A stretch of 52,366 bases of DNA, the filler included, from Sphacelaria rigidula (taxonomy: Eukaryota), in assembly GCA_964200075.2 (NCBI GenBank). It is 4 parts of 4 records of this genome, joined end to end, with 100 filler letters (N's around TTAATTAATTAA, not from the genome) between each part and the next. Parts side by side here need not be neighbours in the genome. Positions count along the whole stretch, not along the records: positions 1 to 13,017 come from CAXNAA020003224.1; positions 13,118 to 26,134 come from CAXNAA020003225.1; 2 more parts are not named here. One strand, given 5' to 3'. The stretch's first letter is position 1. Every line of letters begins with the position of its first letter. Below the pieces are notes generated by a model, which made no database searches, was not told the origin of the DNA, and saw only the letters and a list, made by a program, of their open reading frames with translations. Shown here in pieces: positions 1-13,478 of this stretch. Position numbers and translations under genes: made by a program.

Positions 1-76
1 AGGCAAGGATTTTTTAGATGCGAGAAATCCAAAGAGAAAAGGACGCAAACACCCCCCCCCACACACTTTGCCCCGT

Positions 77-145
77 CCGTCTCGAAAGGGATGCATGGTC
101 AATGGTCAAACGACTGAGGCAAGCAACTAATGAGTGCCCCCCCCG
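77..145 (+). repeat. Short interspersed repeat, copy 1 (other copies ~8300-8370 and partial 51093-51130)
   Basis: The sequence cgtctcgaaagggatgcRtggtcaatggtcaaacgactRaggcaagcaac..atgagt followed by a C-run occurs at ~77 and ~8301. The core gtcaatggtca.acgactaaggcaagcaac recurs at 51093. Confidence 0.8.
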
Positions 146-356
146 CCCCCGCCCACTTGCCCCCCTCTCCCTCCTCCTTGCTGCTGCGAACAAGGTCCAC
201 AAAAGTACTAAAACGCGCTGTGCCACAGTTGAGCTTTCCATTTTTGCTCAAGCGGGTGTAACCTCTCCGCCGCCCCCCTCCCCTCAAGAGGTGGACACAT
301 TCATTCACTCGTGAAATACGAACTGGGCCAGCCTAGAGGGGCATTTGCAGTTTGCA

Positions 357-641
357 GGCCCATTCGCCGACCAATATTTAGAGTTTGACGCTGAAATTTG
401 GTATGGATAATGAAAAGGGCAACTAATGAATATATATATATATATATGTACCAATGAACCCATTTTCTCTCCCGAGTTGAGGGTAGTTTACTGATACCTG
501 AAAATCGATTATTGCCCTCAACTCATCAGAAGAAAAAGAAAACGCTTTGGGTAAATGCGTAATTTTGTTTTTCATGTGCTCCAATCATTGTTCACACCGA
601 ATTTCAGGATCCAACTCCAAATATTCGCCGCCGAATGGGCC
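357..641. mobile_element. MITE-like element with ~55-bp imperfect terminal inverted repeats
   Basis: Left arm 357-412 (ggcccattcgccgaccaatatttagagtttgacgctgaaatttggtatggataatg) matches the reverse complement of 586-641 (ggcccattcggcggcgaatatttggagttggatcctgaaattcggtgtgaacaatg). AT-rich non-coding interior with a (TA)n tract. Confidence 0.65.
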
Positions 642-2557
642 GTTTAGTATCGGGGTCGGTAGAAACTCCGAACAGTACTCTGCAGGCCACTTACCGGTCG
701 ACGTTTGGTGTTTGTGTATCGAAATTTTGTGTGGGATTCCGCTAAGGCATGATGAACAAAAAGACGTGGGTCACGTTTTTTCTTTCAATCCCCTGGTTTA
801 GGGCGTCTTAGTATGGTCACGACCATTTTTTCAATACAACGCCTCAACCTCTCCTGCCCCCGAAAAAAAATAAAGGCCCATGTTCTTCCTTTATTCAGCG
901 TACCTCCGTGGTTCTCCATGCTGAGTTTCAGATGACAGTTCTCAAAATTGAGCAATAAAATTGAGACAAGGCCCAACGAGCAGTGTTCATTTCTCCTCAA
1001 AACTGCCCTTAAACCACGGACAAAATGAATAAAAAGGAATAATATGAAAGAGCTGTGTTTTCTCAGCTTTGTTGTGCACTAGCGGTTCTCCGTACGAAAG
1101 TTCACGGCATAACTCTCATAAATTGAGATGCGATATCCAGATTTAGTTTATCTAGTGCCTCTGCTCGTAATATATTCATTCTAGTATGGAACCTCATGTG
1201 TGCCGCCATATATCGAGATAAATTGCGAATTAGGTGAAGGTGACGGTATCTGTCGTCTCCCCGTGCTCCAGAGAATGTCCACGCCAAAAAAACGTCGCCA
1301 TTCGCTGAATGCATCGATCGGGGTTCCATGAAGATTTTAGTATGGACTCTATCTAATAGGTTTCATCAACGAGAAAATATTGGCCTAGATTTTCGAGTAC
1401 ATGGGCACCTTTCCCTTGATTAGACGATTCATACACTATGCGGATTACGGCCCAACTCGTCTGTGTCGATGAGATACTGCATCCGTTTCTAGGCTGGCCC
1501 AGCTTTACCATACAAAACGGAAGACACACGAAATCACAAAACGCACTCATGACAAAAGCGCACAACACAAGTCACGCAAGACATCAAATAAACCACCGTG
1601 GTATTCGGGGTCTTGCAATCTGCACGTCCAAATGGACGCAACGTCACATGTCGTGAGCATCCCCCTTCCCCGTTCCCCCTCCCCCCCCCGGCTCGCCGCC
1701 TCTCCCTCTCACACACGCGTGGCGTAACATACAAATAAAAGTGTTCCGACTTGGCTGAGAAACCAACGTACCCGAACGTGTTACCCCGAATTTGCATTGC
1801 AGAAACATCAACACACCGTATATGCCGTGATACGATAACGATAGCGGATGCTCGAAGCGTCAGTGCAGTTCGTATTTGGACCCAGGTTCACATGACCCGT
1901 GCCGTTCAGAAACCAAGCTCCACATCACAGAACACCAAGTGATACATACACGTCGTGAATCAACTTCTTGTTTCCCTAACGAAATCGTTGTGCAAAACAG
2001 TCATCATCCCCTTACATGATCGGCACGCTCCACGCAGCTAGACTTGAAAAGGTTAGCTTACACAAGGCGTGGCGACAAAAGACAGAAATGGAAACGCACA
2101 CACACGCACACACACCCACACACAAGGTCGTATACTACTGGAATGGAGGGCTTCGAAAAAAAAACATCTCCAGAGCAACACACCACTTACTATCAATACC
2201 GGCCGTGTTGAGTTCCCAATAATACCACACTATTGGCCATGCCTTCACCCGCACTGCTGCAGACGCTAGGGACACTTCCTTCAGGCACCACTGACTAGCA
2301 GTCCTTAAAAAGCCCTCGCCCGGTGCAAATGCAACCTTTCCACCCTCCACCCCCGACTGCGAAAATCCAACCCTCCCTACACAGCCAATTACACCCAGGC
2401 CGTGGTCCGGCTTTCCTTGTTCGCCACACGAGAGAGACTATCGCTGCTCATGCTGCTCGACAAAATCCTCCACATCTGCGGATCGAAAATGTTATGCGAA
2501 CAGACTCGCTGTCATTCGCGTCGTCAGTCCCAGTCAGTTACCCAGAAAACGACCCTT

Positions 2558-5500
2558 TTAACCCGCCCAGCTTCGATCTCTTCTTCTACCTCCTCCCTCT
2601 TCCTCTCCAACAACCCCAACATCATTCTCATCTACCGTCCTATCGCCAACATCATCATATCCGCCAGCATCGATATCACCCCCTTTCCTCGCGTCATCAA
2701 CGCCCTTCTGTTCGCTCAGAAACTCGACAGCCGTGAGCAACAAGCCCCCCTGCTGTGGGGTACGGCGGTTGGGCGGCCCCCTTAGCGTTCCCTGATACTG
2801 GTTCAGGAGCTGATGAGCGAATTCCGCGTCCCTCTGAGGGTTGGTTGGTTCAGGAAACGAGGACGGCGGGGTGAGGGGTATTCAAACGACAGTTGCCAAG
2901 CTGCTGCAAAAAAGACTAGTTCCCACGCTGGTCAGGTACGTTCCACAGAATAACGCCCATTTTCCAATCTAGGCAACAACACAGCAACAGTACAGTACAG
3001 TACAGCACAGCGAAGCTCAGCACAACACGTACTGTACAGCATTAAAGGCATGTACTTCCTCTGTCCTTCAAGTCTGTGCAGTTATGGACGCTTGATCGTT
3101 TGGGTATTTCGACGCTGACGATCATCCTACAGTTGGGTTTGTTAGAGAGATAACGCACAGACAAAGCTGACTCAAAACAAAAAAAGAAAAAAAATCGTCA
3201 TTACTAAAATTATGTCAAAATACACCCACGTGTTGGCCCTTTTTGGTCCACTTACACCCCAATGTTGACCGATTTCGGACGTTTTGACGTCGAGCACTAG
3301 CCATTACATGCTGAAGATTTATCAGATGGGGCGTGCGTAGGTTAACATCACGGAGATATCCAAATCAGTGGTGGTTTCGCGGTTTCCACATTTTTTTCCA
3401 CATTTTTCGCGATTTCCGGGTCTGCTATGCTTTACTGGGAAAAAAGCGAAAAATGGCCAAATTTTTACCGACCCACATTTTTGCGGTCGCGAGTCTGCAC
3501 GGGTCAAGTACCCTCGTTGCAGAAAGAGTATTATTTGTAGCTAAAAAAACGCCAACGAATGCAACCAAAAAAATCGAAAATCAAATCGGAAAACGTTAAG
3601 GGCTCATACAAACATAACTGCACAGACTTATAGGACAAAGTATGTGAGAGGATGGGTTACATCTTCTTGACTTCTGATTGTCACGCTCGGTTTCAAAATA
3701 CGGAAAAAACAGCTGTATCGTAGTCGTCCCCATATGGAAAGTTCTCGTTGGAACCAACAGTGAATCTCACAGCACAAGCACGTAAACTATTAATAACGCT
3801 TTCTCTCATAGGATTGCTATTCGACCTTCCCAACAGCAATTCCCTTCCCCCCTCCCCCCCCCTCCCCCACACCTCTAAGGCATGCACACCCTCGACCATA
3901 GTTTATACTGTCAAAACATGTACTGCGCACGGTATCAAATCCATTGCCTAATGCAATAGCCGCAATAGTCGGTACTGTACGCAGTACACTGTTGTATTCT
4001 ATTTTCCAGGGTGTGAAGGCATGCAATATCTCAGTACACCCGGCCCTCTTCCTTCAAAACAACCTCCTAGTTCAAGGGACTAGCTTGTCCATTTCTTCCC
4101 ACCCTCACCGTCCATTTCCACCACCACTACTACTACTTTTACTACTACCAACAGCGGATCAGTGCTCCTGGAGTCAACTGTTCGTCGACCTCTCGTCTTC
4201 ATTTTCGTGCAAGTATCAAGTACCACGACTTTGGGTCAGCAGTCCCCTGCATCGCGTCTACTCTCGTCAAAGACAACTTCCATTACTTCTCATAACACCA
4301 CGAAACTAGACACTCTTCAGCACAAGAAGAACATATGCATGTGCGGGAACTCGAACCCTCATTCTCCCGCACTCCCTGGTTCCAGGTGCACTCTTGATAT
4401 GAATATTGATGCTGATGACGTTGATATTAATGTTGATATGAGTGTGACAGTGAATGTACACAACCAGGGCGCGGCGGCCACAATAAAGTATGACCAATAC
4501 ACATGCATGCGTGCACACGCACGGTAGTACGTGCATATACACGTGTACAAGGGACACACCTTCGACCTCGCTGCTCGCGGTACTTGGCCTTGCCGTCCTC
4601 ATGACAACTGACCAGCGACCCCTTAGCCTTGACCCCTGCCCTAGCGCCCAACGCGTCTAGATCGGCCAGCTAGCTGCACGAGCGAAAAAGGCCGGCGCAT
4701 GGTTTACTCCTGTACAACGATAGAGAAGGAGTATCACGTGCATACACATGCAGAGAGTACGACAAACACCAAGTGAGGCACGAACCATGAAGAAAAACCG
4801 AGACGTTAAAAAAAAAAAAATGAAACAAAAACGCGCTCGAGTCAAAACATAGACACCCGCCGCTGCAAAAAGTTTCCTTACGGCCTTCATACGACACACT
4901 CCCTTTCCCAGACCGTCGCCACATTGAAAGATTGAGCGATTCCTTCCATACATTCAGCCATCCACTGTCGCACACACTACTATAATAGCGCATCCGCCGC
5001 GACTCTATCGGTGTCGCAGGATACACACACGCCCGCAAGGCACAGTGAAACAAACGGAAATTCTTCATCAAGCACACTCCAAGCAAGGAACAACACAACG
5101 GGGATCGAAACGAGCAATCTTCACTTGTCTGGCGGCTCTCCTTCAAACAAACGGCAAAAAAATCGTAAATATTGATTGATCCAAGCGTATCTGTACACAC
5201 TGAAAACACCAGGCTCTCATCCACTACTGTATATCACCACGGAAATTTATTCTCATTCATTCTCATCTCATCTCGCACATGCGTCTCCGTCGCCATCCAC
5301 GTGTGTTCCGGCCGAAACGTAACGTGAACCGTGATTTTTTTTTCTCATGAATGTAACGTACCTTGAACGTTAAATTTTCAAGTGAGAGTTTCACGTAACC
5401 TTCATGTTTTATAAAGTGCCGAACGAAACGTAAGGTGACCATTCAAATGTCCAAACGTTCAAAACACTTCATATGAAGCATCAAAAGGAAAATTTCGAAA

Positions 5501-6706
5501 AAAATGTGAACGTAACGTTAATCTCTTTTAACGTACCGAACGAAACGTGAACATAACGTGAATATGGACGTGAAACGTGTGGAGCCCTGGTGATTTTTCT
5601 TTTGCATATATTGGGGAACGGGGCTTGCTGGGGACACTCCATCGAGGTCTAGACTTTTTCCGGCCCGTTCTCGACGGCTACTTCACATGTGTGATTTGAG
5701 TACTGACTGTTGCGTTGGGTGCTCCAGACTCGAATGCATCATACAGCGCCGGCCATTTTCCGTGTGTGAACTGGGAGGGCATCGCCTGAACGCGCGAGTC
5801 ACCCGTGAAGAGGTCGGACTCGAAAACCAAGTGTACCCGGGCGAAGCATTCCAGGAAAAATAGCAAGAACAGATGATGACCTGTCTCTGGTCGGTATGGT
5901 GTCGTCAAACAGCCCCGACTCTTTTTGGGCTCGGATTAGCACAGCTAACTGTGTTTCCCGCAACCGCATAGCCAACCTGGAGTGCGCCGAGCGCCCTGAT
6001 CGGGATCATCCAGGCGGGTTTACGATTTCCGATCCAACTAACTATCCTTGGACACGAAAAACAGCCTCCTGGAGGTACATCCATTCGTTGGTGGTGGTGT
6101 GGTGTGGTGTGGTGTGGTGTGGTGTACAAATCAAAATGCACAAATAATCATGCGATTGCGCTGAAAATGGGCAAGTAGGTGAGCGAGTAGTTCGCACAGA
6201 TGAAAGAGCAGCAGTTTTGTAGCTCCTAACTCGTTGCCGTCCGAAAAAAACGGCCCGAACAAACAGTGGGAAGAAAGTATCTGGAACATGTGTGAGATGT
6301 GCACTCCCTGTAGGATCCACCTATCTCTCAGTTCTCGCTCGAGGTGTGAGGGTTAGGCTCTGAACTCAGGAGAAGCGCAGATGAAGCGTTTTCTGGGCGC
6401 CCTTGGAGTAGTTTTCCTTCTCAATCAGTGGCGAAAATATGGGCAGATCTTGTTCTGGTAAACTCAGCAAATGAATTTCAATCGAAGAGAAAACGAAAGA
6501 GACGACTGCTCGATTTCATTGATGGCCGTACGATTGTCGATTTGCCTCCGTCCTTCCAATTTCAGGTCTCAAGTATCAAGTCTCACAACCTTGAACGAGA
6601 ATCCAGGGTCGCGCTTTGCTGTCTCAAGTGGTGAGACCAGCTTGTTCTTCCTCCGAATGACAGAAGAAAACATGTCGGGTAATTGAGAAATAACAATAAC
6701 AATATC

Positions 6707-6741
<35 letters not shown>

Positions 6742-9700
6742 CCGCTTCCAAGTTCGCTGCAACCAACATGGCGACAGTATGCTCCCCTGCGTTCCAGAGA
6801 CTTGACTGTTTTGGCTCCGCAATCCATCATCATACACGCTAGTCCGCCAATCAACAAGGGAGTACGAATATATAGCCGGTAGTCATTTCCAACGCCGTTA
6901 TTGGAAGTCGGGAGGTGATACTTCACGTGCGTGCTCCTGAGGGTAAGCCCGAGGCGGACTCGAAAGTGCTCACGATGCGGGCCTGTTCAGCTTGGAATCA
7001 CCCATTTCATATTTCATGTCCCGACTCCCGACTCCCAACTCCCGGCGACAGCGTGAGAAATGGCTACCGACCGGCTATACCCCCTCTTCGTTTGGCGGAA
7101 CCAAACTACTCCACTCTATGCAGCCGAGGAAGACGTACCGCCGCCACATATGGTTGCAGCGAGCTTCGATTCATCTGCGTTTCATCGACTACGCGGGGTC
7201 CCCGCTCAACACGGGAGCACGGGGAACTCCCCAAAAGACGCCCGAACGCTGATGAAAGTAGAAAAAATCCATCACTGACGAACTCGGGGTGTTCCGTGAG
7301 GAAAACGCACGTGAAATTTCATGTAACACCTCTCCGTAGCAGTACCGTACCTTCAGGAACTGTTCACGATCATCCCCTGACCGCGGGCTACAGCGATCGG
7401 ACTCATGCGTCCATACGTGGAAAATGTGACACAGAGGGCATACATCATGCATTTGTGCAGCACAGGATGAATAGACCAACAAAACAAGCAATCAGGAACA
7501 CTTGCACAGCTGTGACGGGGAACCATGGGCAGCGTGTTGACTCCACCTTGCCCACGACTGTAGACTGTAGGTGTTCGCGACAAGCTTCCTGACTCACCAG
7601 GGGTTCACGGGACACGTGAAATGTCTCGTGGGCAAGAATTCAGCGATTCACCCTGGGAGGAAAGACTGGGTGACACAACCAACTGTTGCGGGGATGAATG
7701 AGGGCCATAACGACCGAAAAAAAAACATGCAAGAGGAAAAGAGCAAAAAGGCAGAGGAAAAAGCAACGTCATCAGCTGTTCCGAGCTGTTCCGAGTAGGA
7801 CACACGATTCGTCCCTAATTACCTTGGTTTCAGTATGTGACAGCTGTAGCACTTCTATCGTCTTCTCCTCGACACACCATTATGCCCGTGATTGGAGGCC
7901 CCAGAGACCTGCGATCCGTGGGCAAAAAACAATAAAAAAAAAGCGCGGACGGACGATGAAGACGTCATCACCTGTTCGGACCTGTATCGAACCTCTGCTG
8001 GACACAACACACGCTTCGTCCCTAACTAACTCGGTTTACCATGCGACAGCTGTAATGTTTTCAGCGCCTCGTTCTCGACACAGGAAGCAAACCGGCCAGT
8101 GACCCTTCACACCTCCCCGCACACACACTCTACCTAGATAACCATGGGGCGGATTTGCCCAACTCGCCACAGAAAACCCGAAAAGCCCCAAAGCGTTGAA
8201 GTAAACGCGTTTTCAAGTATGTTTGGGATTTGGTGCAGCGGTTTGCAGGGTGCTGCGGCCTCTGCAGTGTGCGTTCCGGAAATCCGCCCCATCATTGCTC
8301 CGTCTCGAAAGGGATGCGTGGTCAATGGTCAAACGACTAAGGCAAGCAACAAATGAGTACGCCCCCCCCCCCCTCATCATTGTACGCCCCCCTCATCATT
8401 CGCTAGTTCCGGTGTGTGGGAAGCGCACGCAACAAACCGCAGTGCAATATCCTCTGCTTTGTTATTGGGAAATCCGCGGTGAAAGACAGGCACAACAACG
8501 AACTGCAACAACAGGGGCACAATAACAACACGAGCAGCAGTTTCTATCCTCCTCCTGTTGTGAACCCTGTGTAAAGAGATGTACAGCAACGTCAGTCACA
8601 GGCTTGTAATAGAAATGTACTATATACAGTACATTTCATATGATCCAGGTCGTTCTTTCGTTATTTGGAAGTGACGCGTGCTCTTGTGACTCATACTGAT
8701 TGACTCATCATTCAGCCTTACTTTCTTCTGTAGACAGATGTCGATGCACATTTTTCCCAAATATAGTGCCCAGCATCGGCCCTCGTTCACCCCATGACTG
8801 TTCCAGCAGGGTTTCTGCGGGACTTCAGCCATCTTCCATTACCGACAGCCTCCGCCGAGGGGACGGAGTACGAGGAGGTACTGGCCTGCACTTGGTAGAC
8901 CCCATGCCCAAGCACATAGAACCGCAGTACTTTGGAAATTCCATAGTTGGGCTACTTACTTGCCTGTGAGTCAATCGATCAAATGCAAATGCCGGTCCGC
9001 GCGGGACTACACCTCCCCCCCCCTTCCCCCCGCAGGAAGCACTCAACGCAACAAAACACATGAACACACACACATCAATGAAAAACCTGAAGATCGCCCG
9101 ACTCCAGCACCTACAGCACCAGCGACTCCACATTGTGCCTCACCACAGATATACTACTAGCGGGGGCCTTCCTCCCCGCCCCTCTACCCACCCCCATCTC
9201 CGCCGCCGCGTTTTGAACCGCTAATGCTTCCCCCGCACGAGACCGTGGCTTTCGTCGCCCCCACCGCGCGTAGTCTCAGGCCCACCAGTCGACGTTAGCC
9301 AGGGTTGTGGGATCGCGACAACGCTGGACGGGACGTTTCTCTCGAGTCTTCGCCCTTGTCTATTTTGTTGTTGCGGGGTCTCGGCGACGCGAGGCGAGGC
9401 CGCCGCGATCATCGCGCTCTTGTTTTGCCGAACGACGTCACGCGTGGGAGTGGTGGGAAATGGAACAAAGCAGGATGGAGTGAAGCACAAGAGGGACGAT
9501 TTCTTGTGCGCAAAAGATTTCCCTCTGTACTTTGCCGAACAAACGGACGGTGCAAGGGACAAACGCACTGATGCACCCGGAACATGACACGGGTATTTCG
9601 AGCTTCATATTCCAACATTGTCCATGGTTTCTCATACAGTACAACGGTTCCCTGTTTGGCCGGTTTTGCTTTTGACTCTTCTCATCTAGCGCACGGTTCC

Positions 9701-11061
9701 GGGTACACTACGTGCTGTTGGGAAGCCTTTTGAGCTCCGGTCGTTGCAGTAGACACAGAGGACTATTTCGATCGTCACATCCATCCACTGTATCGATACC
9801 TGTATTAATACACACGTTTCCCGACCATCACGTTCGTGGAAAATACTGTCAGACGAAACGCTTGACTGAATGTATGATGTCCAACTTGTACTTCTCGATG
9901 ATGACGGAGCAATAGCAACAAAGGAGGCAGTTGAAAGAAAACACCATGAGCATTCGCCCTCTCTCGTCAGCGAGTGGAATCGGAATCGCCCTAACGACCA
10001 TAGATAAGGAGCAGCCCAGAACCCCCGGTCATCTCCAAGTATCTGTATCACGTCAGATACGTCTCCGAGCCTCAAATGCCGAACACGACAAGAAACAAAG
10101 AGAAAAGGAGAAAAATCTCCCCGCCTACTTGGCCCTCTGATTTCCAACTTTCCAATTGATTTTCATTCCATTTTCGTTCTTCACCTTCCGCGCCGTGGAC
10201 CTGGCGTGTGACCTCTTGATGACATTGGACGGCGATTTCTTCGACAGCTGAGGCACAATGCCCCCCCTCCCTGCGCGGCGCGGTTCGAGTTGTGCTGCCT
10301 CGTGAAAGTTACACAACCTGCTCGACGTTAGCACACAGACCCAGTCCAGTCGATATCTGATACGCGCTCGATCAAGCATCCGTAACACTATACGCATATG
10401 AGACCCACAGAACAAATGTGTACAACGCGGTTTGCTACGGGGCGACGGCTTGTGTTAAAACTTTTCTTACCCTCATCGGAGCGGACGCAACGACAGAACA
10501 GTACCCCCCTTAAAGCGCTGGTCGTTTTTTACTCGAGTATAACGGCGAATATCACGCAGCACTCACGAACGGTAGACAAAAGGCACCACAACATGTTCTT
10601 CCACTCGCGTCCATGACCTCCCATGACAAGGGTACTTACTGGATGTAGCTTTTACGGTATGTACATCGACTTGATGATTATCCCAGTGCATACTTAAAAT
10701 ATCATGAACGAGCCCACTCCATCGCCAAAGCCATTCTGTGTACAGTATCGACATGATAAATGACTGACCCAACAGCACTACCCTCTTCCAGCAGCTCATA
10801 CTTAGAGGTATACACGACAACCGATAGACGCAAAGTGATAGCCGTTGTCGATCATCACACCCAACCCTACTACTGCTTGTCAACATCTGTGTTGGGCGCC
10901 TTTCCTTCACTAGTTTCCTTGCAGTTCGTTGGTTGTGTTTTTTTCCAAACTTTTTCCCCTTGCAACCGTTCATCGCGATCCAACATCTACCTACTCTACG
11001 AGTAGCGCTTTCGAGTGCCAAAACAAGAATTGTAGCCCAGAAAAAACATACAAATACCCAA
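2558..11061 (-). CDS. Partly resolved multi-exon gene of unknown function with an N-terminal hydrophobic segment
   Basis: Three phase-compatible GT-AG exons: 11061-10991 (WVFVCFFWATILVLALESATRRV), 10735-10567 (EWLWRWSGLVHDILSMHW...PFVYRS) and 10317-10129 (LCNFHEAAQ...NQRA). Further exon-like segments at ~8950-8843, ~5880-5708, ~4670-4560 and ~2750-2558 could not be chained reliably and may not belong to the same gene. Confidence 0.35.
5300..5588. mobile_element. Degenerate MITE/DNA-transposon end with many AACGT subterminal motifs
   Basis: Dense aacgt/aacgtaacgt/aacgaaacgt motifs ending in gtggagccctg (reverse complement cagggctccac, hAT-like terminus). Only one end is recognisable. Confidence 0.4.
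6087..6125. repeat. (GTGTG)n microsatellite
   Basis: Direct reading of the sequence. Confidence 0.85.
6692..6742. repeat. (AAC)n microsatellite
   Basis: Direct reading. It explains the spurious poly-V/L/C ORFs in the track. Confidence 0.9.
8144..8292. mobile_element. Small element with perfect 13-bp inverted termini
   Basis: atggggcggattt (8144-8156) and aaatccgccccat (8280-8292). No clear target-site duplication. Confidence 0.5.
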
Positions 11062-11947
11062 CTACGAAAATGGACGGGGGGGGGCGGGGGGGGGGGGGGG
11101 CGGTGTCTTTGTTCGGCTTAAAAACACAATTTGTCGGACTCCAGTGCGATTGAAAGGTGGAAATACAATCTAAAAAAGGTTTATGGTGGTCAACCAATAC
11201 ACACGGCCTTCCCTCAATCGGGCTTGTTGCACAGGCGATTTGTAACCTTCATTCGCAAGCCTGAGAATCGCTAGGCGTTAGGGGGAAACAGCACGTCTTC
11301 CTCAGGAGGCATTTCCCGATTTTGGGTTGTCGGAACGATACAGAGTCAAACCCCGGTCATCGACGGGATAGAACAGAACGTTTTCGGGGGCTGTAGCGCA
11401 ACCAATACTGTAACGGGAGAATAAGAAATCTGATCCCATGGAATGGTTCACTAGAACGATCCGGATTGCTTCGGTCGAGAGAAAATGTCAAAAGGTGGAG
11501 AACCGAGGGCTGTACACTCGTAGAGCACCCCAAAACCCGGTGACCCCGTATCTCGCCCACAAATGGTCGTAGGCTTTTCTTGTACGAAAATTGTATCGGG
11601 TACTCGTGCTCTCCGATCCCCAACGTTTGGGGCGCTTGAACGGTGGGTATTTGCCGTGAGAGCCCTGCCACCCCCAGCGTAGGCAATGTGCTGAATCGGC
11701 ATCACTTCCCCTTGACGAGTGACTTCTGGAACCAAGATAACCCAACCTGACGGCCGAAGGTTTACCCCTCGATCATCAGCGGAGCTCAGCTATCCTGGAC
11801 ACTACAACATACAGTCACCATCCGAGTGGAAATGGTGCCCATTCAACACAAGACTCATTTCGGCGGTCCAGGGGTGGATTGACACTGTGGTCGCCAGGGT
11901 GTGCGTTTCTTTGGCCTTCGCGTCGATTCTCCAGCAGAAATATTATA

Positions 11948-12153
11948 GAGTTTCGGAAAACCTTTTTTTTGGTCATTTCAGAGTGCAAACATCTTGGGAT
12001 CAGAGTGCAGAAAAAAATGAAATAATATCACATGGAAAAAATACGAAGGGGATACCAACCACATTTTACGGAGGGAGGAATAAGTTTTCGTTACTCTCCG
12101 ACTCTGAGATATTTGCACTCTGAAATGACAACAAGAATATTTCCCGAAATTCT
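11948..12153. mobile_element. Palindromic MITE-like element
   Basis: gtcatttcagagtgcaaa (~11972) pairs with tttgcactctgaaatgac (~12112-12129). Outer gagtttcggaaaa pairs imperfectly with tttcccgaaattc. Confidence 0.55.
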
Positions 12154-13017
12154 CCGTTGCCGATTTCTATTCTAACACACGACCCGCACACTGCTGGCCG
12201 GAGGGTTAGCCATTCGACTCCGAGTTCGGGATTCATCCTGTTGGGGAAGCTGTGTACAAACCCGACACGAGGTGAGCCGGCCTAAAAGCTGAAAAACCTT
12301 CCACCGAACACACCTCAACAATCGCGGCGATATATCGCCCAGTGAACCTATCCCTGTGAGTGGAAGATCGCCATGCGTGTGCTCCGGTAGCTCGTGAGTC
12401 GAAAATATACTGGGTTAAGCACGGGGCGAGAGCGCCGTGTAGTGGTCAAACTGTCACCCTTGAAGGACAGAGAACGTAGGTCCGGTTCTCGCCACAGACG
12501 GTTTTTCTTGGGCAGTGGCCTAGAAGAGGTATACCTTATCGATTTCGCCCACGAAGGGTACGGAAAATGACCAGAAACGCGAGAACAGCAAAATACACAA
12601 TCTAGACCGATGTCGCCCCGAATATCTCACGCACATCAATTGGGAGGCCCCTTGGCACCCGGGCACCGAAGAAAAAACATGATTGAAAAAAACATGCGAC
12701 TCGCGAGAGGCACAGATAAGGTACGAATGGGAAATATGTCCTGGATCAGGTATACCTGGCGACTATTTAGCCAAGGAATGGGGAGTGGTTTCTGGTGGCG
12801 AGACGTCCTTTTGCGCATGGCCGTATCTCGCGAGTAACGTGTTTTTTTTCTGTATATGTTCTCTTCCGTTCTTTCTTCAATGCCCGGGTGTCGAGGAGCC
12901 TCCCAGTCGATGTGTGTGGTGTATGAAGGTGGTGCCTTGTTACGTGCCTGGAGTGTCTGTTACGTGACGAGGTGGTCGCTGCACACGTGTGAGTTGTCAT
13001 TTTTCTGCGTTTTGTCC

Positions 13018-13117
13018 NNNNNNNNNNNNNNNNNNNNNNNNNNNNNNNNNNNNNNNNNNNNTTAATTAATTAANNNNNNNNNNNNNNNNNNNNNNNNNNN
13101 NNNNNNNNNNNNNNNNN
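13018..13117. other. Artificial contig linker (N44-TTAATTAATTAA-N44)
   Basis: 100-nt N block with a six-frame-stop core, identical at three positions. Confidence 0.97.
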
Positions 13118-13478
13118 TTACAAGGGACCTCGGGAAGTACGGGGGATTCAAAACTAGACGGGCGTGAAAATGGTTCTGCGAAGGAGAGGCGATGTTGGAT
13201 TTGCAGGAAGCAAACAACACACTTCGCGCGTGACTGTCCGAAACGACATTGTATGAGATGCGGAAAAAAGGGGCACTCTCATCAGGATTGTAATACAGGA
13301 GAAAACGAAGATACAGCGATGGCAGTAGGGTCGTCGGGTAGTACCGATTCTTCAGTATGTTCGGAAGCGGACGCAGAAGCCTTTTGAAAATTGATGGCAT
13401 GAGACCTATGCATGACTCAAATACCCCTTTGTTTTTATGTTTTGAGTGTTCGTGACCGGCACGAAGATAGCGATTCAT
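13118..13478 (-). pseudogene. Possible degenerate DNA transposase fragment (Harbinger/PIF-like N-terminal HTH region), truncated by the contig end
   Basis: Intronless peptide FESCIGLMPSIFKRLL...LYLRFLLYY...FFRISYNVVS loosely resembles the F-R-M-x-x-x-F-x-x-L / L-R-Y-L / F-R-V-S-x-S-T-V-S spacing of Harbinger transposases. Weak, by eye only. Confidence 0.2.

Noticed and set aside
5040-5908. GT61-like glycosyltransferase assignment for the contig 1 gene (GHHLF, WINQY-like words)
   Set aside because: Motif order and splice phases were inconsistent and the similarity is too weak.
6915-7592. 225-aa + strand ORF
   Set aside because: No recognisable domain, non-ATG start, and composition typical of chance ORFs.
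7050-7652. Exon-like minus-strand blocks beginning with TGA (possible selenocysteine read-through)
   Set aside because: No Sec-type redox motif or SECIS was recognised and the splice phases could not be established.
12428-12495. Second possible tRNA-like head (gtgtagtggtc...aggtccggttc)
   Set aside because: The B box is degenerate and there is no second copy in the window.
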